Origin: Candidatus Berkelbacteria bacterium
GTDB taxonomy: Bacteria; Patescibacteriota; UBA1384; XYA2-FULL-43-10; 1-14-0-10-43-13
DNA length: 64,000 nucleotides
NCBI GenBank assembly: GCA_037140515.1
Contig: JBAXEI010000002.1
Location: 39,703 to 103,702 of the forward strand
Direction: 5' to 3'
The notes under the pieces are model-generated. The model did not search any database. It was not told the origin of the DNA and saw nothing but the letters and a program-made list of their open reading frames with translations. Both the position numbers and the translations under genes were made by a program. Shown in pieces: positions 9,357-20,000 of the stretch (the first letter of the stretch is position 1; every line of letters begins with the position of its first letter).

Positions 9357-10583
9357 ATGAGCATTACCACTGAGCCAAAAGATTACAGCGTTTTATTTCT
9401 CGATATGAATTCATTTTTTGCCTCTGTCGAGCAACAAGTCCAGCCCACCCTTCGTGGTCGGCCCATCGGCGTTGCGCCTTATATCGGCAGGACAGGCTGC
9501 ATCATTGCGGCATCATACGAAGCGAAGCAAATGGGCGTAAAAATCTGCCAAGTCGGCGAGGCGAAGAAGATTTGTCCACAAATCGCAATTATCGAAGCGC
9601 AGCCTTCTCTCTACATGATTTATCATAAAAAGATAAAGAAAGTGATCGAGAGTTTTACGCCATATTTTGAGGCAAAAAGCGTTGACGAATTTGCTATTCA
9701 TCTCACGCCGATGGACCAAAATCGTGAGAAAGCGACCGAACTGGCGCTCAAGATGAAGAAGGCGATTGCTGAAGAAGTTGGGGATTATCTCAAATGTTCC
9801 ATCGGGATTGCGCCATCTGTATTTCTCGCGAAAATGGCGAGCGAGTTGAAGAAACCAGACGGCCTAACAGTTCTCGAGCTGAAGGATTTGGACAATTTTT
9901 ACCATTCGCTCAAACTTCAAGATCTTACGGGCATAAATTGGCGGACAGAAGCCTCGTTGCAACGTTTCAAGATAAATTCACCAGCAGATTTCTATGGTAA
10001 ATCGCTCGAAGAGCTTGTCCGATTGCTCAAGCACATGGGGCGGCTTTGGTATTTTCGATTACGCGGCTATGAAGTCGATGATCACGTGGTGAAGAGTAAG
10101 ACGATCGGACATTCACACGTTTTGGCTCCAGAATTTCGTACGAAAGACGGGGCAACGGCAATTCTCCGTAAACTAATTTTCAAGGCTGGCTATCGTCTGC
10201 GCAAAGAAGGCTACTGTGCAGGTGGTATTTCTCTCATGATAAATTTTCTTGATGGCCAATCTTTTTCGGTCAGCCGTAGATTTTCAGTTTTTTCCGACAA
10301 TCAGAGTTTTTTGCAAAATACTTATGAACTTTTGAAGGATTGTCCGTGGCGTGGACGGCCTATTTTGGTCGCTGTTTCCTCGTTTGATTTGCAAAGAAAA
10401 ACTAGTGAGCAGATTTCTATATTTGCAGATCTAGAAAAATCAAAGAGCCTTTCCCTCGTTCTGGACAAGATAAACGATGAATTTGGGGCTGAGACAGTTT
10501 TCCCCGCCTCAATGCACACTGCCAAAGATTCGGCGCCCGATCGTATTCCTTTTGGGAAGCCGCGATATGATATTTTACACTGA
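9357..10583 (+). CDS. dinB: Y-family DNA polymerase (Pol IV/DinB-like)
   Basis: LDMNSFFASVEQ, AASYEAK, SVDE, LAKMASELKKPDG. Start moved from 9306 to 9357 because the upstream stretch is promoter. Confidence 0.9.
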   Translation: MSITTEPKDYSVLFLDMNSFFASVEQQVQPTLRGRPIGVAPYIGRTGCIIAASYEAKQMGVKICQVGEAKKICPQIAIIEAQPSLYMIYHKKIKKVIESFTPYFEAKSVDEFAIHLTPMDQNREKATELALKMKKAIAEEVGDYLKCSIGIAPSVFLAKMASELKKPDGLTVLELKDLDNFYHSLKLQDLTGINWRTEASLQRFKINSPADFYGKSLEELVRLLKHMGRLWYFRLRGYEVDDHVVKSKTIGHSHVLAPEFRTKDGATAILRKLIFKAGYRLRKEGYCAGGISLMINFLDGQSFSVSRRFSVFSDNQSFLQNTYELLKDCPWRGRPILVAVSSFDLQRKTSEQISIFADLEKSKSLSLVLDKINDEFGAETVFPASMHTAKDSAPDRIPFGKPRYDILH

Positions 10584-10716
10584 GATTTTTTTTGATTATG
10601 TAGCTATCAGTAAATATTTGCGTAATACTTTGTGCTAGTTTATAATTAATTTAGAACATTTTTTTGTTTTTGTATTTGTGTAACCACAAGAAAAAGTACA
10701 TTTAAGCGAGGGGCAA

Positions 10717-13371
10717 GTGGCAAAAATCTCCATCACAAAAGTACTTAGAGCGCGCAGGAAAGTAAGAATCCTGACGGTTTTGTTGTGTGCATTTGTTTTT
10801 GCTTTTGCTGTATGGAAGATTGTCATCAATAATCCCTTTGGGACCAAGGCGTCGGCCGGTTGCAATACTGTGGACGGGGTTACGACTTGTACAATTGATC
10901 AGCCCGGCAAATTGGCTCCGATGGGCAATGGCGAAGTTTTTTGTACTGGCGATCTTGCTTACGATTGGGCTGGTCAAAAAGCGACCAGCTGTACTACAGG
11001 CCAGCAAACGGTGATATCTTCTGGCGCTTCGGTCGTCATCGCAAACACAGCTGCTGTGACAACATATTTCACAAACACTTTGAAAAATCTTACTATTCAG
11101 AGCGGCGGGACTGTCACCCATGAGCCGTTGGCAGCAGCGGACACTTCAAACCAAATTTTTGGAAAAAAGGTAAGTATTATCGCGACTGATTATATCAGGG
11201 TTGAAGATGGGGCAAAGATAAATGCAGATGGAAAAGGCTATCCTGGAAATGCGACTATGGCCACTCATTCTGATGGCTATCCGACTTATGACACTGGTGG
11301 CGGGCACGGTGGACTTGGCTATCAAGCCACCAACAAGTTTGCTTGGGGTGGCGGTGGTAGTAGCAGTGTCTCGACAGGAGGCACAGCCTCGAGCTACACA
11401 TCTCCTAGCGCGACTACACCCACACAGTTCCCGTCTTTATCTGGCTCTACGCTTTTGCATGGCGCTTCTGGCGGTGTAGCTTGTATCGATACTACTGCTT
11501 GCTTCACAGGTGGTAATGGCGGAGGCTACATTCATTTAGAAGCCCCAAAAGTTCAAATATTCCCTACGGCGCAGATAACAGCAAGCGGAAGTGCTCCAAA
11601 CTATACACCTACACTTATCCCGGCTGGTGGTGGCGCCGGCGGAACGATAGAAATTGCAGGACAAGGCGCAAATGGGATTGTGTCTTACTGGCCTGATCTT
11701 GGTGATCCAGCGGCGACAATAGTTCCTGGTGGTCTCTCTGCAACTGCTGCAAATAGTGGTAACTCAGGCAAATTTACGAATTCGTTGTCCTTCGGCTTGC
11801 CGCTGAGCAATATTTTCGTAGGCAGCATGCTGAATTCTCTTGGCGGTGCCGCGGCTCTATCTAGCTGGACTGGACATATGCCAGCTGGCGGCGGCGGTGG
11901 AGCCGGGGGAAAAGTAACTCTTAGCGGTAAATATGTCCCACTTTGTGAAATAAATGTGGCATCTGTTAAGAACACTAGCGGCCATTATTACATTCCTGCT
12001 GGTTGCGAAGGTAGTGACGTAATAATAAATGGGGATATAACTGTATATGCTGATGATGCGAAAGTGCTTCAGAATGATTCACTGGATGCGCGGACGGCTT
12101 GTACGGATCCAGCGATAACAAACTGTGATAGTCACAGAAAGTTTCAATCGCTTACATTATCAAACAATGCAAAGCTGACACATAACGGCGTGACTATCCC
12201 AGAGATGATATCTGATGATTCAAATGTCAACAAATCGCTGGCTGATGAAGTTTACGGCACAGCTCGCTGGAAAAAGGTGGATATTGAAACTGCTGGAGAT
12301 TTGATAATCAAAGATACTTCTAATATCAATGTTACTGGCAAAGGATATCCTGGCGGGGTTTTTTGCAATGCTTCAGGAACTGGCGTTTGTAGTACTACTT
12401 TGAATGCGAAGGCTGGCTATGGACCTGGAGGATCGTTTGGCGGTCAGTGGCCTTGGGGAGCTGGAACAACGAATTGTGGCTATGGCGCGAGCTACGGAAG
12501 CCTTGGCTCTGCCATGAAAGATTGTTTGACGAATCTTGTTGATACGTCTGTAGCGAAATACGGTGATGCCGACTTAAATTTAGCTAATAAACTTGAATTT
12601 GGATCTGGTGGCGGTGGTTTGCAAGTTCCTGCTGGTACTAATTCAACTTTGACTGGTGGCTCTGGTGGAGGCAGAATCAAACTTTTGATTAGCGGCACTT
12701 TAAATTTGTCTCCGGTAAATAATCCTAATGTAATACTAGCCAATGGTGGAAATGGGGCTTGTTACGGCGCAACGTCTCCTTCATGTGGGGCTGGTGGATC
12801 TGGCGGCTCAATTCTGATCAAATCGAAGTTCTTTTCGATTCCGAATACTGGTGTAGCCTTAGGTATTGAAGCTGGCGCGCCAAAAATGACTACGGCAACA
12901 CCAGGCTCAGTGTCTAGCGATGTTTATCTTCCGATATTTTTTCAAGCAAAGGGAGGAGACGGAGGCCTGGGCGGCGCCTCGCAGGGTGGTGGCGGCGGAG
13001 CTGGGCGAATAATGGTGAAGAAGCTACTCTTGAGCTCGACGCCAACATTAAAGAAAACGTTGACTGCTCAGAAAAGGGGAGGGGTTTCAAATTCATCTTT
13101 CGATCCATATACATTGCAAAAAGATGATGAAATAGGAGTCTTAGTTGAAGTCTATGGTGTCGAGGAGCCACTTGTATTTCGTGACAGCTGGCTAAAGTCT
13201 TCAAACGGGAGCTGCCAATATGTAAGTAATAGTGGCGAGTTTAACCTCACTAGCTCCCCTTGGCCTGCTGGAAGTGATAACGCTGATGGCTATAGTCTGA
13301 GCCTAGACTCTGGAATGAAAGATGCAGGCACAGGTGCTATTTTGATATCATATCAGTGTAAAGTCCAATAA
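10717..13371 (+). CDS. Exported Gly-rich beta-solenoid surface protein, paralog 1, with a C-terminal DUF11-like Ig domain
   Basis: Basic N-terminus, TM and KASA; two modules with GKGYPG...GSGGG...GGGxI...GGGGG; GTG start preceded by GAGGGGCAA. Confidence 0.7.
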   Translation: MAKISITKVLRARRKVRILTVLLCAFVFAFAVWKIVINNPFGTKASAGCNTVDGVTTCTIDQPGKLAPMGNGEVFCTGDLAYDWAGQKATSCTTGQQTVISSGASVVIANTAAVTTYFTNTLKNLTIQSGGTVTHEPLAAADTSNQIFGKKVSIIATDYIRVEDGAKINADGKGYPGNATMATHSDGYPTYDTGGGHGGLGYQATNKFAWGGGGSSSVSTGGTASSYTSPSATTPTQFPSLSGSTLLHGASGGVACIDTTACFTGGNGGGYIHLEAPKVQIFPTAQITASGSAPNYTPTLIPAGGGAGGTIEIAGQGANGIVSYWPDLGDPAATIVPGGLSATAANSGNSGKFTNSLSFGLPLSNIFVGSMLNSLGGAAALSSWTGHMPAGGGGGAGGKVTLSGKYVPLCEINVASVKNTSGHYYIPAGCEGSDVIINGDITVYADDAKVLQNDSLDARTACTDPAITNCDSHRKFQSLTLSNNAKLTHNGVTIPEMISDDSNVNKSLADEVYGTARWKKVDIETAGDLIIKDTSNINVTGKGYPGGVFCNASGTGVCSTTLNAKAGYGPGGSFGGQWPWGAGTTNCGYGASYGSLGSAMKDCLTNLVDTSVAKYGDADLNLANKLEFGSGGGGLQVPAGTNSTLTGGSGGGRIKLLISGTLNLSPVNNPNVILANGGNGACYGATSPSCGAGGSGGSILIKSKFFSIPNTGVALGIEAGAPKMTTATPGSVSSDVYLPIFFQAKGGDGGLGGASQGGGGGAGRIMVKKLLLSSTPTLKKTLTAQKRGGVSNSSFDPYTLQKDDEIGVLVEVYGVEEPLVFRDSWLKSSNGSCQYVSNSGEFNLTSSPWPAGSDNADGYSLSLDSGMKDAGTGAILISYQCKVQ

Positions 13372-13373
13372 AT

Positions 13374-15917
13374 ATGAAAAAAACTTCAATATTCAAAATT
13401 TTAGCAAAGAGAAAAATCGTTCTATCTAGTGCGATATTTCTCGGCTTGGCGGCTGCTGTCCTTTCGGGCACATTTATCTTCTATCGATATTTTCAGCCAG
13501 TGAAAGCTGCAAATTCTTGTGCAGCTAATGTTTTGACGGTGAATACTGGAGCGACCGCAAAGATCGTAGATAATTTTTTGACTGGCTCAATTACGCCTTG
13601 CGATAACACAAATGTTTCTGGCTATGATATTACAGTTAGCGGTACTGGAGTGAAGCTGATACTGGCTGGATATAATACTTTCAAAAATATTTCAGTTTTG
13701 TCTAATGCTACAATAACCCATGAGGCGCTGTCCTCTCTAGATATTGAAACAGACGGTGCGAGTTTGCTGCCTACTGGCGAGGCCAAAAAAGTTCAAATGG
13801 TTATTTCTGGAACATTAACGCTCGATACCGGTGGCAAAATCTCGGCTGATGGTCTTGGCTATCCTGGCGGCACCGCTACTCACACTGCTGGCTTTGGCTT
13901 TGGCGGCGGTCAGGCTACTCAGGCTGCACTAGCTTCTACTGTTATCTTGGCTTTTGGTCCTGGCGGAGGTGCTTTCGGTGGTGTCGGCGGTAGTGGATTC
14001 TCCAATCCATCTCTGACAGCTGCGACGGGTACGGCTTACCCAAACTACTATGATCCGTATATTTTTCGCGCTGGCTCGGGCTCAGGATACAATGCGGGGC
14101 ATATAAATACTCCGGTTCCTGTTGTCGGTTCAAGCGGTGGAGGAAGGATATATGTTCGGGCTGGTACAATAAACATCAAAAGTGGCACTATTTCAGCAAA
14201 AGGTAGCACAGGGCTTGCGCAGATACGAAAATATACTCTAAATGTTGTGAACAGATATTCTTTTACGGGGGGTGGCGCCGGAGGCACAATCTGGCTAGTC
14301 GCTGATACTATTGTTGCGCCAAAAGGGGCCACAGGAGTCACGCCCGATGTGTCTGGCGGTGCTATCGGAGGTGACTATCAGATCACAACAACAAATAGTG
14401 CAGATGATAAAGTTATTGCATCGGCTATTCATGACGGAACAAACGGTGTGAGTGAAATATTTGTGGATAGCCAGGAGAAATCGGATTTATACAAAAATTA
14501 TTTTGGTTATTTAAGTACTGCTGGTGGTTTGCCATCGTCAGCAACAGCAACATTGACAGGTTCTCTGAAAGGCACAGCAGCTGGCGGCGGTGGGGGTGGT
14601 AGGATCCGTGTAGAGGCAAAAGTTGTTCGTCCGTCTTGTACTATTATCTCCGGAACTACTATTCCTGACTATTGTGAAAACGGAGATGTGGTCGTTGGCA
14701 ATGGTCTCACAATCAATATGGATGCCGTAACAGTTTTGCAAGATTCCACACGCACTCTGTGTACTGATCCGACTATTTCAAACTGCGATAGTGCTAGACA
14801 TTTTAACAGCCTTACGCTTCAGGGGAACGCGAAGCTTACCCATAATCCAATTACTTCTGGCGATCTATTAGTTGGCGGTACACCTTATACCACACTTCAA
14901 GGTGACTCATTGATAAAAGGTGCCGCTCGTTGGCGAAAAGTAGACATCACAGTTGATGACTATATAAGTCTGGCAACCGGTAGCTCGATAGACGTGAGTG
15001 AAAAAGGCTATACCGGCTCTAACAATACATCGGCTGCACTTGGACGAGCCGCAGGAGCGACAAATACCAATCAGGGCGGTGGCTATGCCGGAAAAGGCGC
15101 GGGGAATTCTCTGGTTAGTTATCCACCGGATTTCCAGACAAAGGTGATCAGTGGTAATTTTGATTATACGTCGACTTATTTAGATAGCGGCAAAACCTAT
15201 CCACTATTTGACGCTGGTTCTGGGGCTGGAACTGCAAGTGCTGGAGGCGGTGGTAGGATTCACTTAAATGCAAAGAGCTTGACACTTGCTCCAGGGTCTT
15301 CGATCTCGGCAAATGGTACTGGCGTGGCAGCAAGTATGGCAGCTGGTGCTGGCGGCATGATTTGGATAGATTCTCAGAGCTATAGCTTTCCATCTGATCT
15401 TCCTGAGGCAGTTGTCACTGGTGGAACTGGCGCAAATGTTGGAGAAAACGGCTATATCTATACAGATATCTTCACACCAAATCTTATTTCAGCAAATGGC
15501 GGCAGCACGACAAACGGATTCAACGGTGGCGGTGGACGAATAATAATTCATCAGACTGTTGCGACTCAGAATCAGCCAATCATTACGAAGAGTGTGAAAG
15601 TTGTTGAACGACCAGGGATGACAGGTACAGCGGTGACAGACCTAAATCCTTATGCTCTTATCCTTGACGATGTGATTGAAGTGACTATTGCGGTTACAGG
15701 TCTGACACCAGGCACACCAAACACTACTATTGATGAAAATGTTTTGGCCGCGCCGACTGGCCAATATTGTTCGCCAATTTCTGCTACCGCTGCAACTCCG
15801 GCGAGTCCAAGTACAGCTCCTACAATCTCGACAGGCATAAAGCTTTTGACTTGGACATTTACGCCAACAAACACAAGCTCGTCTATGACATATAAATGCA
15901 GGGTGGTGAAGTCATGA
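13374..15917 (+). CDS. Exported Gly-rich beta-solenoid surface protein, paralog 2
   Basis: Same layout as 10717..13371; shares CTDPxIxNCDSxRxFxSLTLxxNAKLTHN, ARWxKVDI and PYxLxxDDxIxV. Confidence 0.7.
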   Translation: MKKTSIFKILAKRKIVLSSAIFLGLAAAVLSGTFIFYRYFQPVKAANSCAANVLTVNTGATAKIVDNFLTGSITPCDNTNVSGYDITVSGTGVKLILAGYNTFKNISVLSNATITHEALSSLDIETDGASLLPTGEAKKVQMVISGTLTLDTGGKISADGLGYPGGTATHTAGFGFGGGQATQAALASTVILAFGPGGGAFGGVGGSGFSNPSLTAATGTAYPNYYDPYIFRAGSGSGYNAGHINTPVPVVGSSGGGRIYVRAGTINIKSGTISAKGSTGLAQIRKYTLNVVNRYSFTGGGAGGTIWLVADTIVAPKGATGVTPDVSGGAIGGDYQITTTNSADDKVIASAIHDGTNGVSEIFVDSQEKSDLYKNYFGYLSTAGGLPSSATATLTGSLKGTAAGGGGGGRIRVEAKVVRPSCTIISGTTIPDYCENGDVVVGNGLTINMDAVTVLQDSTRTLCTDPTISNCDSARHFNSLTLQGNAKLTHNPITSGDLLVGGTPYTTLQGDSLIKGAARWRKVDITVDDYISLATGSSIDVSEKGYTGSNNTSAALGRAAGATNTNQGGGYAGKGAGNSLVSYPPDFQTKVISGNFDYTSTYLDSGKTYPLFDAGSGAGTASAGGGGRIHLNAKSLTLAPGSSISANGTGVAASMAAGAGGMIWIDSQSYSFPSDLPEAVVTGGTGANVGENGYIYTDIFTPNLISANGGSTTNGFNGGGGRIIIHQTVATQNQPIITKSVKVVERPGMTGTAVTDLNPYALILDDVIEVTIAVTGLTPGTPNTTIDENVLAAPTGQYCSPISATAATPASPSTAPTISTGIKLLTWTFTPTNTSSSMTYKCRVVKS

Positions 15918-16846
15918 AACTTTTCAAGCTAACATTTTTATTAGTTTTACTTACAGTAGTCTTGCAGCCTGGTATTATTCGAGCTGCAAACAATTCTTTA
16001 CCAGATGTTATGTTTGGCAGTACGAAGCTGACCCAAAACGGAAAAAATTATTTTGGCGGAGTGACAGGCAACTACGCAGTTCTAAACAATTCCTCATCTC
16101 CAGATTTTGGTTTTCGCAATGATCAGAAGTGTGTGAAAAGCGATGGTACGCTGGTGATTCAGTCGATCACGTCGCCAAAATGCTTTGTCCTGACTAGTTC
16201 AAACTCAGCTGTAAACTTGCTTACGAGTCGCTCCTTTATTCGTATCGGTACTAACGACGAGCAGGCGATTTATGAGTTGCCGGCGCTATATTTTAGCAAG
16301 AGCACTATCGCTGGCGATGTATTTGGCAATATTGATTATAGTAAATTTTCTTTCTGGGGAAATAACACTTCTACTTCTGGTGATTCAGCTTGGACGACCA
16401 GTGGCTATGCGATGAATCCAAAATCACAATCTTCATGGCTAGACTCTAGCGGCAGCGGGACGACGGCGTACAACAGCTACTATGCCAAGATCAGGGCGAT
16501 GGCAGACAACGGGAAAGTTTTTTCGCCTGCTGATACTACATATTTAAACTCGAGCACTGACATTCATATTTATTTGCAGAGCAAAGACATTGCTAGTAGT
16601 TCTTCGGCAAATGACGAAACGAATCTTTATCCTGAAGGAAAGACGTGGATTGTTGATGCTACTTCTTATAACCCTACTACTAATGGTGATCTGAGCATTA
16701 GTAATACTTCTGGCAAAAGAAAAATTACATATCATGGCATTGGAACTATACTCGTAAAAGGAAACGTAGACGTTGCGGCAAACGTAGAAATCATGCCTGC
16801 AACTGATAAGGACAAGCTAGGAATTATCTCTATCGCAGGTGACTAA
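15914..16846 (+). CDS. Secreted protein ending in an apparently incomplete beta-helix
   Basis: Signal peptide MKLFKLTFLLVLLTVVLQPGIIRAA; ATGA overlap at 15914; ends GIGTILVKGNVDV...DKLGIISIAGD*. Confidence 0.75.
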   Translation: MKLFKLTFLLVLLTVVLQPGIIRAANNSLPDVMFGSTKLTQNGKNYFGGVTGNYAVLNNSSSPDFGFRNDQKCVKSDGTLVIQSITSPKCFVLTSSNSAVNLLTSRSFIRIGTNDEQAIYELPALYFSKSTIAGDVFGNIDYSKFSFWGNNTSTSGDSAWTTSGYAMNPKSQSSWLDSSGSGTTAYNSYYAKIRAMADNGKVFSPADTTYLNSSTDIHIYLQSKDIASSSSANDETNLYPEGKTWIVDATSYNPTTNGDLSISNTSGKRKITYHGIGTILVKGNVDVAANVEIMPATDKDKLGIISIAGD

Positions 16847-16920
16847 TTAGTGCCTCGTCTGAAATCGATTTTTTGACTAAATACAAGTGCCAAAATTTCT
16901 TCTCTGAGACACAATATTAT

Positions 16921-17004
16921 TGTGGAAAAGTATTTGGTATTCTCGCATAAATTGGTCTATAATTAGATTAATAAAAACTAACGTTTTTCATATTTCGGGG
17001 AGGG
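16921..17004 (+). promoter_or_regulatory. Promoter and RBS of the giant gene, with a DnaA-consensus box
   Basis: TGTGGAAAA 16921-16929 (reverse complement TTTTCCACA); TTGGTA-18-TATAAT (16934-16963); GGGGAGGG 16997-17004. Confidence 0.5.
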
Positions 17005-17012
17005 AAGCGTAG

Positions 17013-20000
17013 ATGCGAAAATTTAGCCCCATGAAAAGTCTCCAACAAATGCTTGGAGATATATCTAGTCGTACAAATGCGGCTCATTTTTTGCGCTCAA
17101 ATATCCACGAGAAAAAGCTAAATGGTGGAGTTAGCTTTCAAAAAGTTGTCTTAGTCACATTTGTTCTTGCAGCAGCTCTAATCTGCGGATTTTTGTACAA
17201 TAATCAACCACAAAAAGCGTATGCTGCAAATTGTCGGTGGACCGGTTCGGTAGGGAACGCAGACTGGATGACTGCGGGAAACTGGACAAGTTGCGCTAGT
17301 TTGGTTCCTCAATCAGGTGATTCAATAACCTTCGACTCTAGCGGTACACAGGTCGTAAATCTTAACAGCTCTACTTCTATTGCGAATTTGACCATCGCAA
17401 ATACATTTGCAGGCACTATCACAGTTGGCGGAGGCTATACTTTGACAGTGTCTACAAACTATCGTCAATATGCAGGAACTTTCAATGCTCCGGCTGCTGG
17501 GTCAATAAGGGTTGGCAACCAGTTTATGAATGACCAAGGCGTGTTTAACGCTAGTACCAGTCTTGTAGATCTCTATAATGTTACAAACGCAGGTTCTGCT
17601 GGTTTCTGGGGTAATACTACTTTTTACGACCTAAGCATCACGTCACCAACAGCAACCCCAGTTTTGTTCGAGCAGACTAGGACTCAAACAGTTCTTCATA
17701 ACTTTGTTGCGAAAGGTACTTCAAGCCAAAATCTTATTTTGACCAGAAATGCAGGCTCAAATTGGATCCTTGACCTAAAAGGAACGTATTCTATGGAATA
17801 CGTCTCAGTCAGCTATTCCACAAGCTTGAGAGCAGGATATCTAAATCCACCAAACTCTTTCAACGGACCTAGCAATACAGGCTGGTTTCCGCCGATCAAT
17901 GTATCTGGCTCATGCAGCTCGACTTCAGCTGAGACAGTTTATCTTGTTGTTAACGGCACTTTAAATACCCAATTTGCAACGACTGCTGGTGGTGCACCAT
18001 GCACATACACAATTTCTGGGGTATATAGACCAAATAAGGGAGATGTTATCCAGACTTTTGTGAACAAGATTGGCGCATCGGATCCGACTGATGCACAAAA
18101 AGCAGTTGCAGTTATGAAATACAATACGGCCGGCAATGATGTGACGGGCTTGGACTTGAGAGAAAAGACACTATCTATCGGTACTCTTGATTCACAGGTG
18201 GTTACATACTCAGACCTCAAAATGTACGACTATGTCAATACGACTACTCGTAAGAACATTCTATATGATTGCACTGACGCTTATGGACCTAATAATTTTT
18301 TCAATCTCATGTCCAAAGCCTCTGGTTACTCGCAACAGCTGACAGTCTATATCCCAAATGGTGGCACTTATTCGGGACAGACTAGCGGCTACCGGGTAGT
18401 CACGGAAACTGATTATCTTCAGATTGCCACTGGTGGGACGTACCTAGGCGCCAATGACTCGACGATGGATCTGAAAGCTACTGGCACGCCATTTACCAAA
18501 AGTGGTACTTTTGACCCAGGTACATCTAACTTCATCTACTCTGCTGCCGTTACAGTGACAGCAGCTACTTACTATGATCTTACACTTCTTGGTACTGGCT
18601 CAGACACTGTTCTCGCTGCCGGGACGTTGACTGCTCTGCGTAATTTCACTATCGGAAATGGTACAGCAACGACTGTCGTTCGAGCAAATACGAATAATCC
18701 GATAATCAATATTGGCGATTCGCTTGCTCGACCAACATTTCTGATTAGTAATGCTAGTACCTTCTACGCCTCACCCTCTGCTGTGATGAATGTTTACGGT
18801 AGCTTCACAGCGCACGGAACCTTTACGCACAACAACGGCACAGTAAATATTTTCTTGTCGACTGGCGATCACGGCCATATCACGGCTGATAATGCTCCTG
18901 TTTCGAAATTTTATAACCTAAACATTACTCGTGGAGCGACCGCTACTGTAGCTTACAAGATTTATTTTGATACTAACTTTACTGTCGATGGCAATCTTAC
19001 GATGAGAAACGATACAGATGTCAGACTTTATATTGAGAGCAAAACAGCTTCTATCGGCACTATCTCAGTGACAGGTGATATCATTTTCCCAGCAACACCA
19101 GCGAACACTGGTGGTATCTCTATCGGGGATAATATTTCTAGAGATTCTAATGGTAATCCTATATACGCTTCTTGGCCTTCAATTGATTTCAAAGGCAATT
19201 TCCGTCAATTGGATACAGATGTAAACCCAGGAGGATCAAGTATAGTGATCGCTGGTTATTTGACTGCATCGGGTTCCACCAATCAGCACTTTGAGCGTGC
19301 TCGGAGCACTTACAATGCTGGCACCGCATACCAACCGAGCTTTCTTTCTGGTGATCTGTCTTCGGTAACCTGGAAGATAAATAAACCCGTTGCAGGCACA
19401 TTTGTCATTCCGGACTCTGACTTTGTCTTCGATAATGTGGTGTGTGACGCAAACTATGATGCAGAGTTTCAGAAAAATGGTACAAACACTATTGCCTTGA
19501 ATAATTTTAATTACGGAAGTGATTGCAACTTTACCCAACCAAATGACGCAGACATGTTCTTGCTTTTTGGCAATTTCACTATGAATGCGGCTGGCAAAAC
19601 TTTCTCCATCAACCCTACTTTCAAGACACAATTTGGCTATCTGCTAAGCAAGTTTTTCTATGTTTCGGACTTTGTGAATGACGAAACTTGGTCAAAGGGT
19701 GACGTTGTCATAAACAATGGTACTCTTACTTTTCCGACAGCTTACGCTACTAAGATGCGCAGCCTGACTATGAATGCTGGAAATTTCAACGCTCCAGGAG
19801 GTACGGGAGAACTGATAATGTACTCGAACTTTACAATTGGTGCTGGCGCAACTTTCCATAATAATTTGGGTAAAGTTAAATTTTTGACTGACTATATTGG
19901 CAGCTACATTACTGTGGCCAACTCTGCGGCGAGCACGTTCTACACTCTAGACTTTGGCAGAACACTGACAACCAAAAGAATTGATTATACAGGTAACTGG

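Noticed and set aside
17100-17225. Class III (pilin) signal on the giant protein, KKLNGG|VSFQK
   Set aside because: Polar and charged residues follow the Gly and there is no Glu5. The AYAA motif fits signal peptidase I better.
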